A stretch of DNA of 64,000 bases from an uncultured delta proteobacterium (GTDB taxonomy: Bacteria; Myxococcota_A; Polyangia; Polyangiales; Polyangiaceae): NCBI GenBank assembly GCA_963850305.1, contig CAWKKR010000007.1, positions 416,001-480,000 on the forward strand. Direction: 5' to 3'. The number at the start of each line of letters is the position of its first letter. The stretch's first letter is position 1. The notes under the pieces are model-generated. The model ran no database searches. It had not been told where the DNA came from and saw only the letters and a list, made by a program, of their open reading frames with translations. Below are positions 42,905 through 51,451 of the stretch, piece after piece. The position numbers were made by a program, and so were the translations under genes.

Positions 42905-44335
42905 TCAGTGGCCCCGCGCGATGCGGATCCCGTGTTCCAGCCGCGCGAGCGCCGTCTCGCGACCGAGCACGGCCATGACGTCGAAGAGCCCGGGGCTCGC
43001 TTTTCTCCCCGTGAGCGCGACGCGCACCGGCTGGGCGAGCTCCTTCATCTTGATCCCCGCGGTCTCGAGCCACGCCTTGGTGCGCGTCTCGAGCTCCTGT
43101 GCCGCGAAGGGTTCGACGGAAGCGCAGAGGTCCCGGAACGCCTCCAGGCGCTGCGCGGACTCCGGCGTCAGGAGCGGACGCGCCGCGTCGTCCAGGACCG
43201 GCGGCTCGCGGAAATAGAAGTCGAGCAGGTCCGCCGCTTCCACGAGCGTGTGGGCCCGGTCGCGAATGGTCGGGAGCGCCCGCGCGAGGCGAGCGCCGTC
43301 CACGTCCGTGATCCCGCGCGCGCCGAGGAACGGTGTCACGGAAGCGACATAATCGGCATCCGGAGTCAGCTCGGGGCGCTTCAAATGTTCGAACGCGACG
43401 TCGGCGAACTTCCTTTCGTCGAACTTACCGTCGCTCTTGCCGACCCGATCCCAGCTGAAGAGACGGACGAGTTCATCGCGGCTGAAGATTTCCTGGTCCC
43501 CGTAGGACCAGCCGAACCGGGCGAGGTAATTGAGGACGCCCATCGGCGTGAAGCCGCGTTCGCGGTAGTCCTGGACTCCGACCGACGCATTGCGCTTGCT
43601 GAGCTTGTCTCCCGTCGACGAGAGCATGAGCGGCAGATGGGCAAACTCGGGAGGCTCCCACCCGAGCGCGCGGTAGACGAGCACCTGCTGCGGCGTGTTG
43701 CCGACATGATCCCGACCGCGGGCCACCAGGGAAATGTCCATCATGTGGTCGTCGACGACCGCGGCGAAATTGTAGAGCGGAAACCCGTCCGAGCGCATCA
43801 GGACGAAGTCCGGTTGCTCCGAGTTCGGCGTGCTCACGACGCCGAACACCTTGTCCTTGAAGTCCGTCGAGCCGTCTCGAGGCGTCCGGAAGCGGATGAC
43901 GTGCGGCCTCGACGGATCCTTGCATTCCCGGAGCGGCCCCTTGAAGACGAACTCGCCCTTCGGGTTCTTCATCTTGAATTCGAGCCGCAGCCGCTCGAGC
44001 TCCTCCTTCGTCAAATCGCAGCGGTACGCCTTGCCGTCGCGGATGAGCAGCTCGCCGACCTCCCGGTAGAGCGCGCGCCGCTCGCTCTGGAAGTACGACC
44101 CCTTGGACCCACCCACCTCGGGCCCTTCGTCCCAGTCGAGCCCGAGCCAGCGCAGCGCGTCGAGGACCGCTCGTACGCTGTCGAGGCTCGACCGCTCCTG
44201 GTCCGTGTCCTCGATCCGGAGCACGAAAGTCCCGCCTTCTCTTCTCGCCCAGAGCCAGTTGAAGAGCGCCGTTCGAGCGCCGCCGATGTGCAGGTACCCG
44301 CTCGGTGACGGAGCGAAGCGGACGCGCAGAGCCAT
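42905..44335 (-). CDS. gltX: Glutamate--tRNA ligase
   Basis: RFAPSPSGYLHIGGAR (HIGH), LRIEDTD, KLSKR (KMSKS). Confidence 0.97.
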   Translation of the reverse strand: MALRVRFAPSPSGYLHIGGARTALFNWLWARREGGTFVLRIEDTDQERSSLDSVRAVLDALRWLGLDWDEGPEVGGSKGSYFQSERRALYREVGELLIRDGKAYRCDLTKEELERLRLEFKMKNPKGEFVFKGPLRECKDPSRPHVIRFRTPRDGSTDFKDKVFGVVSTPNSEQPDFVLMRSDGFPLYNFAAVVDDHMMDISLVARGRDHVGNTPQQVLVYRALGWEPPEFAHLPLMLSSTGDKLSKRNASVGVQDYRERGFTPMGVLNYLARFGWSYGDQEIFSRDELVRLFSWDRVGKSDGKFDERKFADVAFEHLKRPELTPDADYVASVTPFLGARGITDVDGARLARALPTIRDRAHTLVEAADLLDFYFREPPVLDDAARPLLTPESAQRLEAFRDLCASVEPFAAQELETRTKAWLETAGIKMKELAQPVRVALTGRKASPGLFDVMAVLGRETALARLEHGIRIARGH

Positions 44336-44410
44336 GGGGCGGCCGCGTACCATGCACGCGCGGAGGCGTCACGCGGCGACGAGAACGCGCCCCTCCCTCC
44401 GATGCTGAAC

Positions 44411-45046
44411 TCAGTTCAAATACACGACCGCACACCTGCAAAGGATGCTCGCCGGGCTGGTGGAGCATTGGGCAAATTGTCCGAACGCCTCTTCGCACGC
44501 GCCGCAGTTGGTGGCTGCCTCGACACACGAGCACTCGAACGGCACCTGCACGGTGCCGCCGTCGTTCACGAAGGAACCCTGCTTGCAGACGAAGGACTGC
44601 CCGGGCTCGCAATATTCGGCGGACGTTGGACGACTCGCGTCGCAAGAGCATCCGTACGAACCCTGCACGTCGTAGCCGGCCGGGGAGTAGCACGGGAGTT
44701 CCGCGCGAGAGCAGTCCCATTGAGCAGGAACGCAGGGGAGCAGGTCCGTTGGGGGGCCGGCGTCGATGGGATCCTCCAAGCCGCCGGTCGTCTGGATAGT
44801 CGACAGGTCGCCGTTGCCCCCATTGGACGGGACGAAGGCCTCCCCCCCAGAGCCGCCATTCGCGGTGAATACTGCGCTCCCCGCGACCCCGTCATGGCCT
44901 CCCGCGCCGAACGAATCGGGTGCACCCCCGGTATTCGATGCACTGCCGTCCCCATTCGCCTGCCCGACGATTCCGCCGCACCCGAGCGTCACGGTGCCGC
45001 CCATCAGGACGAGCGCGTGGAAAAGGGGATGACGACGTTCGCTCAT
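44411..45046 (-). CDS. Cys-rich lipoprotein, paralog 2 (211 aa)
   Basis: MSERRHPLFHALVLMGGTVTLGC lipobox; Gly-rich linker; 14-Cys domain; ATGA overlap with the upstream ferritin-like gene. Confidence 0.85.
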   Translation of the reverse strand: MSERRHPLFHALVLMGGTVTLGCGGIVGQANGDGSASNTGGAPDSFGAGGHDGVAGSAVFTANGGSGGEAFVPSNGGNGDLSTIQTTGGLEDPIDAGPPTDLLPCVPAQWDCSRAELPCYSPAGYDVQGSYGCSCDASRPTSAEYCEPGQSFVCKQGSFVNDGGTVQVPFECSCVEAATNCGACEEAFGQFAQCSTSPASILCRCAVVYLN

Positions 45047-45729
45047 GCTGCCTGACCGAGATTCAGATGTTCGAGGCCGGGGCGAATCACCGACCCGAGC
45101 GCGTCGTCGAGGGCGGCGCGGAGCAGACGCGGCGTGAAGTAGCCGAAGGGCACGAGTTCCTCTCGTTCCTCGGTGTTGTCCCTGCAGCAGATGTGCGGAA
45201 GGAGCGCGAGCAGTTGCGGTATCGACGCCCGGAGCTCCTCCTTCTTTCGTGCGTCGAGGGTCGAGAGGTGCGCCCAGCAGGCCCGGCCGTGCTGGAGCTC
45301 GTCCGCCAGATGGCGCTGGTTCAACTTCCGTAGCGGCTCGGCGTCGATCGCGGGTCGCGCGTGTCGGAGGATGAAGCAGCCGACCGTCTCCGTGAAGCAG
45401 CAGAGCGTGATCCGGAGCAGCCGGTTCTCGGCGTCGCTTGCGCCCGGCAGGACGAAGGGACGCCCCTCGCGGGGACGGATCTCGCCGCAAGCATGACCGA
45501 ATCTTTCGGCCCAATCGCGACACCACAGCGCATGCCGATACTCATCCGCCACCGCGCGTTCGCCGAGCGCGATCACGGGCTCAGGCGACCCCTCCGCGCG
45601 AAGGTCCCCGAGAACGTGCTGCCAGCCGACCCATGAGGTCATTTCAGCCGCTGCGCGCTGCCACCAGTACGCGGCCACGAGGACTCGGCCTTCAGGGTCC
45701 AGCGAGTCCACCCCCTTGCCATCCTTCAT
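45043..45729 (-). CDS. Ferritin-like diiron-carboxylate protein (228 aa)
   Basis: RAAAE ... ADEYRH ... FTET ... ADELQH: the E, ExxH, E, ExxH ligand pattern of four-helix diiron proteins; no signal peptide. Confidence 0.85.
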   Translation of the reverse strand: MKDGKGVDSLDPEGRVLVAAYWWQRAAAEMTSWVGWQHVLGDLRAEGSPEPVIALGERAVADEYRHALWCRDWAERFGHACGEIRPREGRPFVLPGASDAENRLLRITLCCFTETVGCFILRHARPAIDAEPLRKLNQRHLADELQHGRACWAHLSTLDARKKEELRASIPQLLALLPHICCRDNTEEREELVPFGYFTPRLLRAALDDALGSVIRPGLEHLNLGQAA

Positions 45730-45793
45730 GCGCTTCAGAGGATCCGTCCGGCGTGCCCGAAAAGCAAGCGTGCCTTCCGGATCGATGCCGAAC

Positions 45794-46420
45794 TCAGTGC
45801 AACAAGGAGATGTACACGCACCCACAAAGGATGCTCGTGGAGCTCGTGGAGCAACTGTAAGGTCGACAGACGCTGCAATCGGCGGGTCCTGCGACACACG
45901 AGCACTGGAACGGTATCTGCACGGTAATGCCGTCGCTCTCGAAGGCGCCCTGTTCGCAGACGAAGGACTTACCAGGTGGGCAATCGTCCGGAGAGCTTGG
46001 ACGTTCCGCATCGCAAACGCATCCGTACGCGCCCTGCACCAGGTAGCCAGCGGAGTAGTCGCACGCGAGCTGCGTCCTCGCACAGTCCCATTGCGCTGGA
46101 ACGCAGGGGAGCAGTTCAACTGGCGCGCCGCCGCCGTCGAGCAGGGCTGGCCCCTTCCCACCGGTTCCCGGCAGAGTCGACAGCCCGCCGCTGCCTCCCG
46201 CGAGGAGAGCCGGCTCGCCCCCGGCGCCGCCAGCTCCCGTGAATGCGGGACTGCCGCCGCTCCCGGCGCCGCCGCCGTTGGCGAATGAATCCGCTGCGCC
46301 CCCCGTGTCCGCCGCACTGCCGTCGCCGCTCGCCTGTCCGACGATTCCGCCGCACCCGAGCGCCACGGTGCCTCCCATCAAGACGAGCGCGTGAAAAAAG
46401 GGATGACGGGGTTCGTTCAT
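45794..46420 (-). CDS. Cys-rich lipoprotein, paralog 1 (208 aa)
   Basis: MNEPRHPFFHALVLMGGTVALGC; the same 14 Cys positions as 44411-45046. Confidence 0.85.
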   Translation of the reverse strand: MNEPRHPFFHALVLMGGTVALGCGGIVGQASGDGSAADTGGAADSFANGGGAGSGGSPAFTGAGGAGGEPALLAGGSGGLSTLPGTGGKGPALLDGGGAPVELLPCVPAQWDCARTQLACDYSAGYLVQGAYGCVCDAERPSSPDDCPPGKSFVCEQGAFESDGITVQIPFQCSCVAGPADCSVCRPYSCSTSSTSILCGCVYISLLH

Positions 46421-46452
46421 GCTGCCGAGCCCGACCCCTTGCCAGTCACCAT
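46417..46452 (-). pseudogene. 11-aa mini-ORF, internally deleted copy of the ferritin-like gene
   Basis: ATG GTG ACT GGC AAG GGG TCG GGC TCG GCA GCA TGA (MVTGKGSGSAA): start resembles MKDGKG and end resembles GQAA-stop of 45043-45729; upstream DNA is also homologous. Confidence 0.7.
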
Positions 46453-46497
46453 GCGCTTCACAGAATCCGTCCAGCTTGCCGGGAAAGCAAGCGACCC

Positions 46498-47424
46498 TCA
46501 GCCGTTCCCGGGCACGACGCGCAGGGTCATGGCGTCGAGGCGCTGCCCGCCGACGGTGCCGGCGCCGAAGTCCAGGGTCCGGATGGGGAAGGGGAACGTG
46601 ATGCCTTCGCGGTCGAAGGCCTTCTTGATCGCGATCATCGCCTCCGAGCGTGCCGCGAGATACGCGGGCTGAGTCGAGTCCATCAGCCAGATGCGCAAGT
46701 CGAAGTTGATCGAGCTGTCGCCGAACGAGGCGAAGAACAGCTCGGGTTCGCGCCCCGGGTCCCGCTTGGGCACGTCGCGAACGGCGGCGAGCACGGTGCT
46801 TCGCACCTTTTCCATGTCGTCCGCGTAGCTCGCACCCATCGAGAGATCCATCCGTCGATGGGCGGTGCGCGTATAGTTGATGATGGGATTCTGGAACACC
46901 GCCTTGTTGGGCACCAGGATGCTGAGCCCGTCGAGCGTTTCGACCTCGGTTGCGCGGAGCTCGATGCGGATCACCCGGCATTTCTTGTCCGCTATCTCCA
47001 CGAGGTCGCCGACCTCGAAGGGCCGGTAGAGCGCCATGATGAACCCGGACATGAAGTTCGCTGCGATATCCTGGAACGCGAAGCCGAGCGCCAAACCGAG
47101 GACGCCCACGCCGGCCAGGACGGAGGTGACCGTCTTGTCGAGGTGTAATAGCCCCAGCGCCCACAGCCCCGTCACCGCGAGGAGGCCGATCCGGCCCAGC
47201 GAGCCGAGTAACCTACTGATCGGTTCGTTGCCGGTCACGCGCTTGAGCGCGGACTCGACGACACGCTGAGCCCAGCGAGAAATGACCAGTCCAATTGCCA
47301 GGATCAGCCCCGCCAGGACGAGGTTCGGCAGCATGACGACTAAGTCCCGAAGCCAGGTCTCGAGCTTCTGGAACAGTTGTTCTGCGAGAGAGGTGATCTC
47401 CGTAACGTGCAGCTTTGCCATCAT
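46498..47424 (-). CDS. mscS: Small-conductance mechanosensitive channel
   Basis: LAGVGVLGLALGFAFQDIAANFMSG, RPFEVGD, VPN, FGDSSINF, GITFPFP. Confidence 0.95.
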   Translation of the reverse strand: MMAKLHVTEITSLAEQLFQKLETWLRDLVVMLPNLVLAGLILAIGLVISRWAQRVVESALKRVTGNEPISRLLGSLGRIGLLAVTGLWALGLLHLDKTVTSVLAGVGVLGLALGFAFQDIAANFMSGFIMALYRPFEVGDLVEIADKKCRVIRIELRATEVETLDGLSILVPNKAVFQNPIINYTRTAHRRMDLSMGASYADDMEKVRSTVLAAVRDVPKRDPGREPELFFASFGDSSINFDLRIWLMDSTQPAYLAARSEAMIAIKKAFDREGITFPFPIRTLDFGAGTVGGQRLDAMTLRVVPGNG

Positions 47425-47469
47425 CCAACTGATTTATCAGGGCCGCCGCTGGCAATCGAGAGGCACGCA

Positions 47470-48216
47470 ATGCTTTACGAGCGAGCGGTAGAAATCGAGC
47501 TTGGCGCCGCCGCCGTGACGTTCGTGGCGTCGATGTTCGTCGTCGCGCCTTATGGTCGGCACGTTCGCGATGGATGGGGGCCGAGCGTGTCCGCGCGGCG
47601 CGCCTGGATGGTCATGGAAACGCCCGCCGTGCTGGGCGTCGCGGCGCTGTTCGCCCTGGGTCGTAACCGAACGAGTCCCGTGGCGCTCTCGATGCTCTGC
47701 TTGTGGCTACTCCACTACGTGAGGCGAGCGTGGATCTATCCGGCGCGCATGACCGTCAACAACAAGCCCATGCCCATCCTGGTCGTTGCTCTGGCCGTCG
47801 CCTTCAACTCGCTGAACGCCGTCGTCAACGGTGGCTGGATCTCGGACGTCGGAGTGTATCCGGCGTCGTGGTTCGGCGACGGCCGGTTCCTGGTCGGGAC
47901 GGCTCTCTTCCTGATCGGTTTCGGCGTGAACGTGAAGGCAGACGCGATCCTCGTGCGTCTCCGATCACCGGGCGACCGCGCGTATCACGTGCCCCACGGG
48001 TGGCTGTACCAACGGATCTCCTGCCCGAATTATTTCGGCGAAATGGTCGAATGGCTGGGCTGGGCCATTCTCACGTGGTCCCTCGCGGGCGCCGCATTCG
48101 CGCTCTACACGGCCGCAAACCTCGTGCCCCGGGCGCTCGCCCATCACCGCTGGTATCGCGCCCATTTTCCGGACTACCCGAGTACGCGCAAAGCCGTCAT
48201 CCCCGGCTTGCTGTGA
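47470..48216 (+). CDS. 3-oxo-5-alpha-steroid 4-dehydrogenase (SRD5A/DET2-like reductase)
   Basis: APYGRH, AWMVMETP, HYVRRAWIYP, ISCPNYFGEMVEWLGW, ANLVPRALAHHRWY, FPDYP..RKAVIP. Confidence 0.9.
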   Translation: MLYERAVEIELGAAAVTFVASMFVVAPYGRHVRDGWGPSVSARRAWMVMETPAVLGVAALFALGRNRTSPVALSMLCLWLLHYVRRAWIYPARMTVNNKPMPILVVALAVAFNSLNAVVNGGWISDVGVYPASWFGDGRFLVGTALFLIGFGVNVKADAILVRLRSPGDRAYHVPHGWLYQRISCPNYFGEMVEWLGWAILTWSLAGAAFALYTAANLVPRALAHHRWYRAHFPDYPSTRKAVIPGLL

Positions 48217-48238
48217 CCGGGACGGGGCGCGTCGGACG

Positions 48239-49141
48239 CTACTTCGCTGCCGGTAACGCGACGAGCTCGTCGATATTCGGCTGGAGAGCGATCTCGATGC
48301 GGCGGTTCTTGGCGCGGCCGGCGGGGTCGTCGTTCGACGCGATGGGATCGAACTCGCCGTAACCGGCGGCAGAGAGCACCTCACCCGGGAGACCGAGCCC
48401 CACGAGAAAGCGCACGACCGCGACGGCCCGCTCCGTCGAGAGCTCCCAGTTGGAGGGGAATCGCGCGGTCTGGATCGGAACGTTGTCGGTGTATCCGGCG
48501 ACCTGAAAACGCCGGCCGGTGATGGTCTTCAGGACGTCGGCGACCTCGGTGAGCGCGCGCTGCCCTTCCGGCTTGATCGCGATCTGTCCGGAATCGAAGA
48601 GCACGTCGTTCGCAAGCTGGATCACCATCCGTCCGTTGCGCAAGGTGACCTTGAGCTGCCCGGCGTCGATCATGTGCTGGAACTTCGCCGCGAGCTGGCG
48701 GAACAGAGCGGCTCTCGCGTCCGCGGCCGCCTGCGCTTTTCGCAGCTCCTCGAGCCGCGCCTTTGCGTCGGCGAGGGCCGTCGCGAGCGTTCCCTTCTCG
48801 GCGAGCAAAGCGTCCGCGTTCTTGCCGAGCCGCTCGAGCTCCGCTCGTAGCTCTTGATTCACGGCCGTCGCATCGTCGAGCTTCGCCTGCAGATCGTGCT
48901 CATCGACCTGGGCCTGCGCGAGTCCGCGATCGCGTTCGTCCGCCAGCGCCTGCACGGTTGCGAGCGACGCATTCAGTTGGTCGATCGCGGCGTGTGCAGC
49001 CGCATCATCCGTCGCGCATTTGCTGGCGGCCGCGTGCGCTGCGGTCGCATCGCGCACGCTCTCGTCGTATCTCCCCTTGGGCACGCAGCCGAGGAACGCG
49101 ACGGCTGCTAGCAGCGGAATGAAGGGTCTGGCGCTCGACAT
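48239..49141 (-). CDS. OmpA/MotB-family lipoprotein with coiled coil
   Basis: Lipobox FLGC; coiled coil; VLFDSG, VAGYTDNVP, SNWELSTERA, KNRRIEI. Confidence 0.92.
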   Translation of the reverse strand: MSSARPFIPLLAAVAFLGCVPKGRYDESVRDATAAHAAASKCATDDAAAHAAIDQLNASLATVQALADERDRGLAQAQVDEHDLQAKLDDATAVNQELRAELERLGKNADALLAEKGTLATALADAKARLEELRKAQAAADARAALFRQLAAKFQHMIDAGQLKVTLRNGRMVIQLANDVLFDSGQIAIKPEGQRALTEVADVLKTITGRRFQVAGYTDNVPIQTARFPSNWELSTERAVAVVRFLVGLGLPGEVLSAAGYGEFDPIASNDDPAGRAKNRRIEIALQPNIDELVALPAAK

Positions 49142-49438
49142 CGCGCGGACCGTATCACGCGGCCCCGACGATGCTTCCGTTCCAGTCCTGCTGTCCGCCG
49201 GACTCCGCCGATGCTCGGCGGACACGCTCCAGGTCGAGTCTGCCGTGCCCGCGCGTTCACGGAACGTCTGGAGTCTTTGCCGGTGTTCGGTCCCGCACTC
49301 GCCCGCGCGCGATTCGCGAGTCGGCGGTGCCGAGCGAACACGCGCCCGCGAGACGGCGATCCGGGATTCCCACTGATTGGTTTCGCCCTTGCTGGAACGC
49401 GGATGCCGGCCGAGCGCGCCGGGATTCTCGAACAGCGC

Positions 49439-50290
49439 TCACGGTTTCACGAACTCGAGGACGAAGCGATCGCTCGTTCCGCGGCGCGCACCGGCCTCGC
49501 GCGGAGACGTGCTCCAGTCCCGGGTGTCCGCGGGGTTGCGCAGGAAGTCCGCTTCTTTGACGAACTCGAAGCCCGCGTGCTCCACCTCTTCGCGGACGAC
49601 CGGTTCGTCGATCCGGTGCAGCGTCTGGACGTCGGTGAGGCCCGCGCCCACCCGACTGCTGTGGTCGACGATGCCGTAGATGCCGCCGGGCCGGAGCGCG
49701 TCGAACACGGCGCGATTCATCTTGGCTCGGTCGACCTTCTGCCAGACCGTGTCGTGGTAAAAAAGGACGATCAGGACCGCGTCGAGATTGCGGACCGTCG
49801 GGGGAAACGGATCGTCGAACTCCCGGTCGAGGCGCACCACGTTTTTCATGGCCGGCTCCGTGAGCCGCGCGCTCCACGGCTTCTCGGCGAAGCGCCCGAG
49901 GATCCACTTCGAGTTCTGACCATAGACGGTGCCAGTCGGGCCGACGACGCGAGCCAGAGCTTCCGAGGTGTAGCCGCCGCCCGCGCCGAGCTCCGCGACC
50001 TTCATCCCGGGGGCGATGCCGAAGAAGGCGAGCATCTCGGCCGGGTGGCGTCCGGGGTCGAGCTGCCGGTCGTCAGCGCTACGCTCGGGAGTGTCCAGCG
50101 AGTGCTGGATGGCCGCGACGTCGCCGGCTGGCGGGGTCGGCGCCGGGCTCGCGGAGGCGGATGTGAGGGCGGCCACCGGCGCGGCAGCGGACGGGGTGGG
50201 CGACGGGGCAGCAGCAGGGGGCGGCGTGCTTCCGCCGCAAGCGGGAACCAGGAGGAGCAGGAGCGCAGTACGAGCCAAAACAGGCGTCAT
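49439..50290 (-). CDS. Class I SAM-dependent methyltransferase-like lipoprotein
   Basis: VPAC lipobox; RHPAEMLAFFG, VAELGAGGGYTS, YHD, LRPGG, HRID, RGTSDRF. Confidence 0.88.
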   Translation of the reverse strand: MTPVLARTALLLLLVPACGGSTPPPAAAPSPTPSAAAPVAALTSASASPAPTPPAGDVAAIQHSLDTPERSADDRQLDPGRHPAEMLAFFGIAPGMKVAELGAGGGYTSEALARVVGPTGTVYGQNSKWILGRFAEKPWSARLTEPAMKNVVRLDREFDDPFPPTVRNLDAVLIVLFYHDTVWQKVDRAKMNRAVFDALRPGGIYGIVDHSSRVGAGLTDVQTLHRIDEPVVREEVEHAGFEFVKEADFLRNPADTRDWSTSPREAGARRGTSDRFVLEFVKP

Positions 50291-50378
50291 CGGCGCTACG
50301 TATCACAACGCACGGCGCGGCTCCTCGCGGCCGGTCTTGCGCGGGCGGGCCGCCGTTGGTACTAAGGCGCCCCTCGTC

Positions 50379-50829
50379 ATGAAAACCTCGCCCCTTCAAG
50401 CCCTGAAATCGCGCTTCGGTGAGAAGCAGAAGCTCGTGGACGCCGTGAAGGCGCTGACGACGGACGATTCTCTGGCTCGACCGGGTGAACGGCGAAAAGG
50501 GGCTCGCGCACGTCTCGAACGCCAAGCTCCTCCGGCTCCACGACACGCTGTCGGCCGTGAAGAAGGATTTCGGCAGTCGCGCGAAGCTCATTGACTCGAT
50601 CCTCGCGCTCTCGAAGCGGCCGAAGGACGCTGGCCTGCGCGGACGGCTGGAATCGTTCCCGACGCCGCGCCTCGTCGATCTGCAATCGAGCGCCGCACGC
50701 CAGGCGAAAGCGGCGGAGCGCACGGCCAAGACCGCTGCCCCCAAGGCCGCGCCGACGAAGAAGCCCGCCCGCTCCAAGAAGGCGAAAGCCAAGGCCGCCA
50801 CGGGCGTGCCGAAGGCGAAGAAGAAGTAA
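50379..50829 (+). CDS. Small basic protein with internal duplication and Lys/Ala/Pro-rich tail; 1-nt insertion at 50468-50469
   Basis: MKTSPLQALKSRFGEKQKLVDAVKALTTDD joins LWLDRVNGEKGL..VKKDFGSRAKLIDSILAL..KAAPTKKPARSKKAKAK after removing one T. Confidence 0.75.
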
Positions 50830-50838
50830 ACGAGGAAG

Positions 50839-50883
50839 CCCGACCTGGGGGGTTCGTCCGGAGCTCAGGGCCCCACCGGTCGG
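50839..50883. terminator. Imperfect hairpin between convergent genes
   Basis: CCGACC-TGGGGG...CCCCCA-C-CGGTCGG; no U-tract, so terminator role uncertain. Confidence 0.3.
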
Positions 50884-50918
50884 CGCGGTCACTGCCGCGC
50901 AGCCGCTCGACGCCGCGA

Positions 50919-51422
50919 TCAGAGGCCCTTTTCTTTGATCCAGCGGTTCGTGAATTCGGCGGCCTTGTCGTAGCTCGCCTTCACTTCGCCCACGATCCGG
51001 CTCTCGATCATGCCGCCGATGCCGAAGACCTTGGCGACGACGCTGGTCTCGTAGATGCGCCGGCATTTTCCGTCGCCCGCCGGCTGGGTGTACATGTTGC
51101 CGCCGATGGTCAGCTTGCCCTGGAGCACGCTCGGCTCCACGACGATTTTCATCCTCTTGGCGGCCCGGTCGAACGAGCCGCGCTCGCGATAGCCGGCGCC
51201 GCCCTCCACGAGCTTCTTGAGCGGACCCGGCAAATCCCCGATCTTGGGCACGACGTCCACGACGCGCTCGACGCGCGCGCCGCTGTCTTCCAGGCTGACG
51301 AGCTTCCACGAATCGAAGGCCAGGACCTTCAAAAATAGCTCGTGATTGAACTCGGGGTCGAAGAACACTTTCCAGAAAGTGTCGTCGGTGCAATTCAGGG
51401 TGTGTTCTATGCGGGCGTCCAT
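50919..51422 (-). CDS. DUF2505-like (SRPBCC/START-fold) protein
   Basis: 167 aa; LPGPLKKLV and VKVFGIGGMIE-like C-terminal motif. Confidence 0.7.
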   Translation of the reverse strand: MDARIEHTLNCTDDTFWKVFFDPEFNHELFLKVLAFDSWKLVSLEDSGARVERVVDVVPKIGDLPGPLKKLVEGGAGYRERGSFDRAAKRMKIVVEPSVLQGKLTIGGNMYTQPAGDGKCRRIYETSVVAKVFGIGGMIESRIVGEVKASYDKAAEFTNRWIKEKGL

Positions 51423-51451
51423 GGGCGGGAGAGTAGAGTAGAGTTTTTTTC
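51423..51451. promoter_or_regulatory. Putative bidirectional -10 promoter pair
   Basis: TACTCT (- strand, 51435-51430) 7 nt before ATG 51422; TAGAGT (+ strand, 51439-51444) 7 nt before GTG 51452. Confidence 0.6.

Noticed and set aside
46485..46499. 15-nt match AAGCAAGCGACCCTC to the 3' arm of repeat copy C
   Set aside because: No core or opposite arm nearby, most of it is explained by the duplicated promoter, and one such match in 64 kb of GC-rich DNA is expected by chance.
45794..47164. 456-aa, 424-aa and 371-aa ORF calls over the lipoprotein/ferritin cassette
   Set aside because: Their N-terminal extensions overlap neighbouring genes; signal peptides and ATGA overlaps place starts at 46420, 45729 and 45046.
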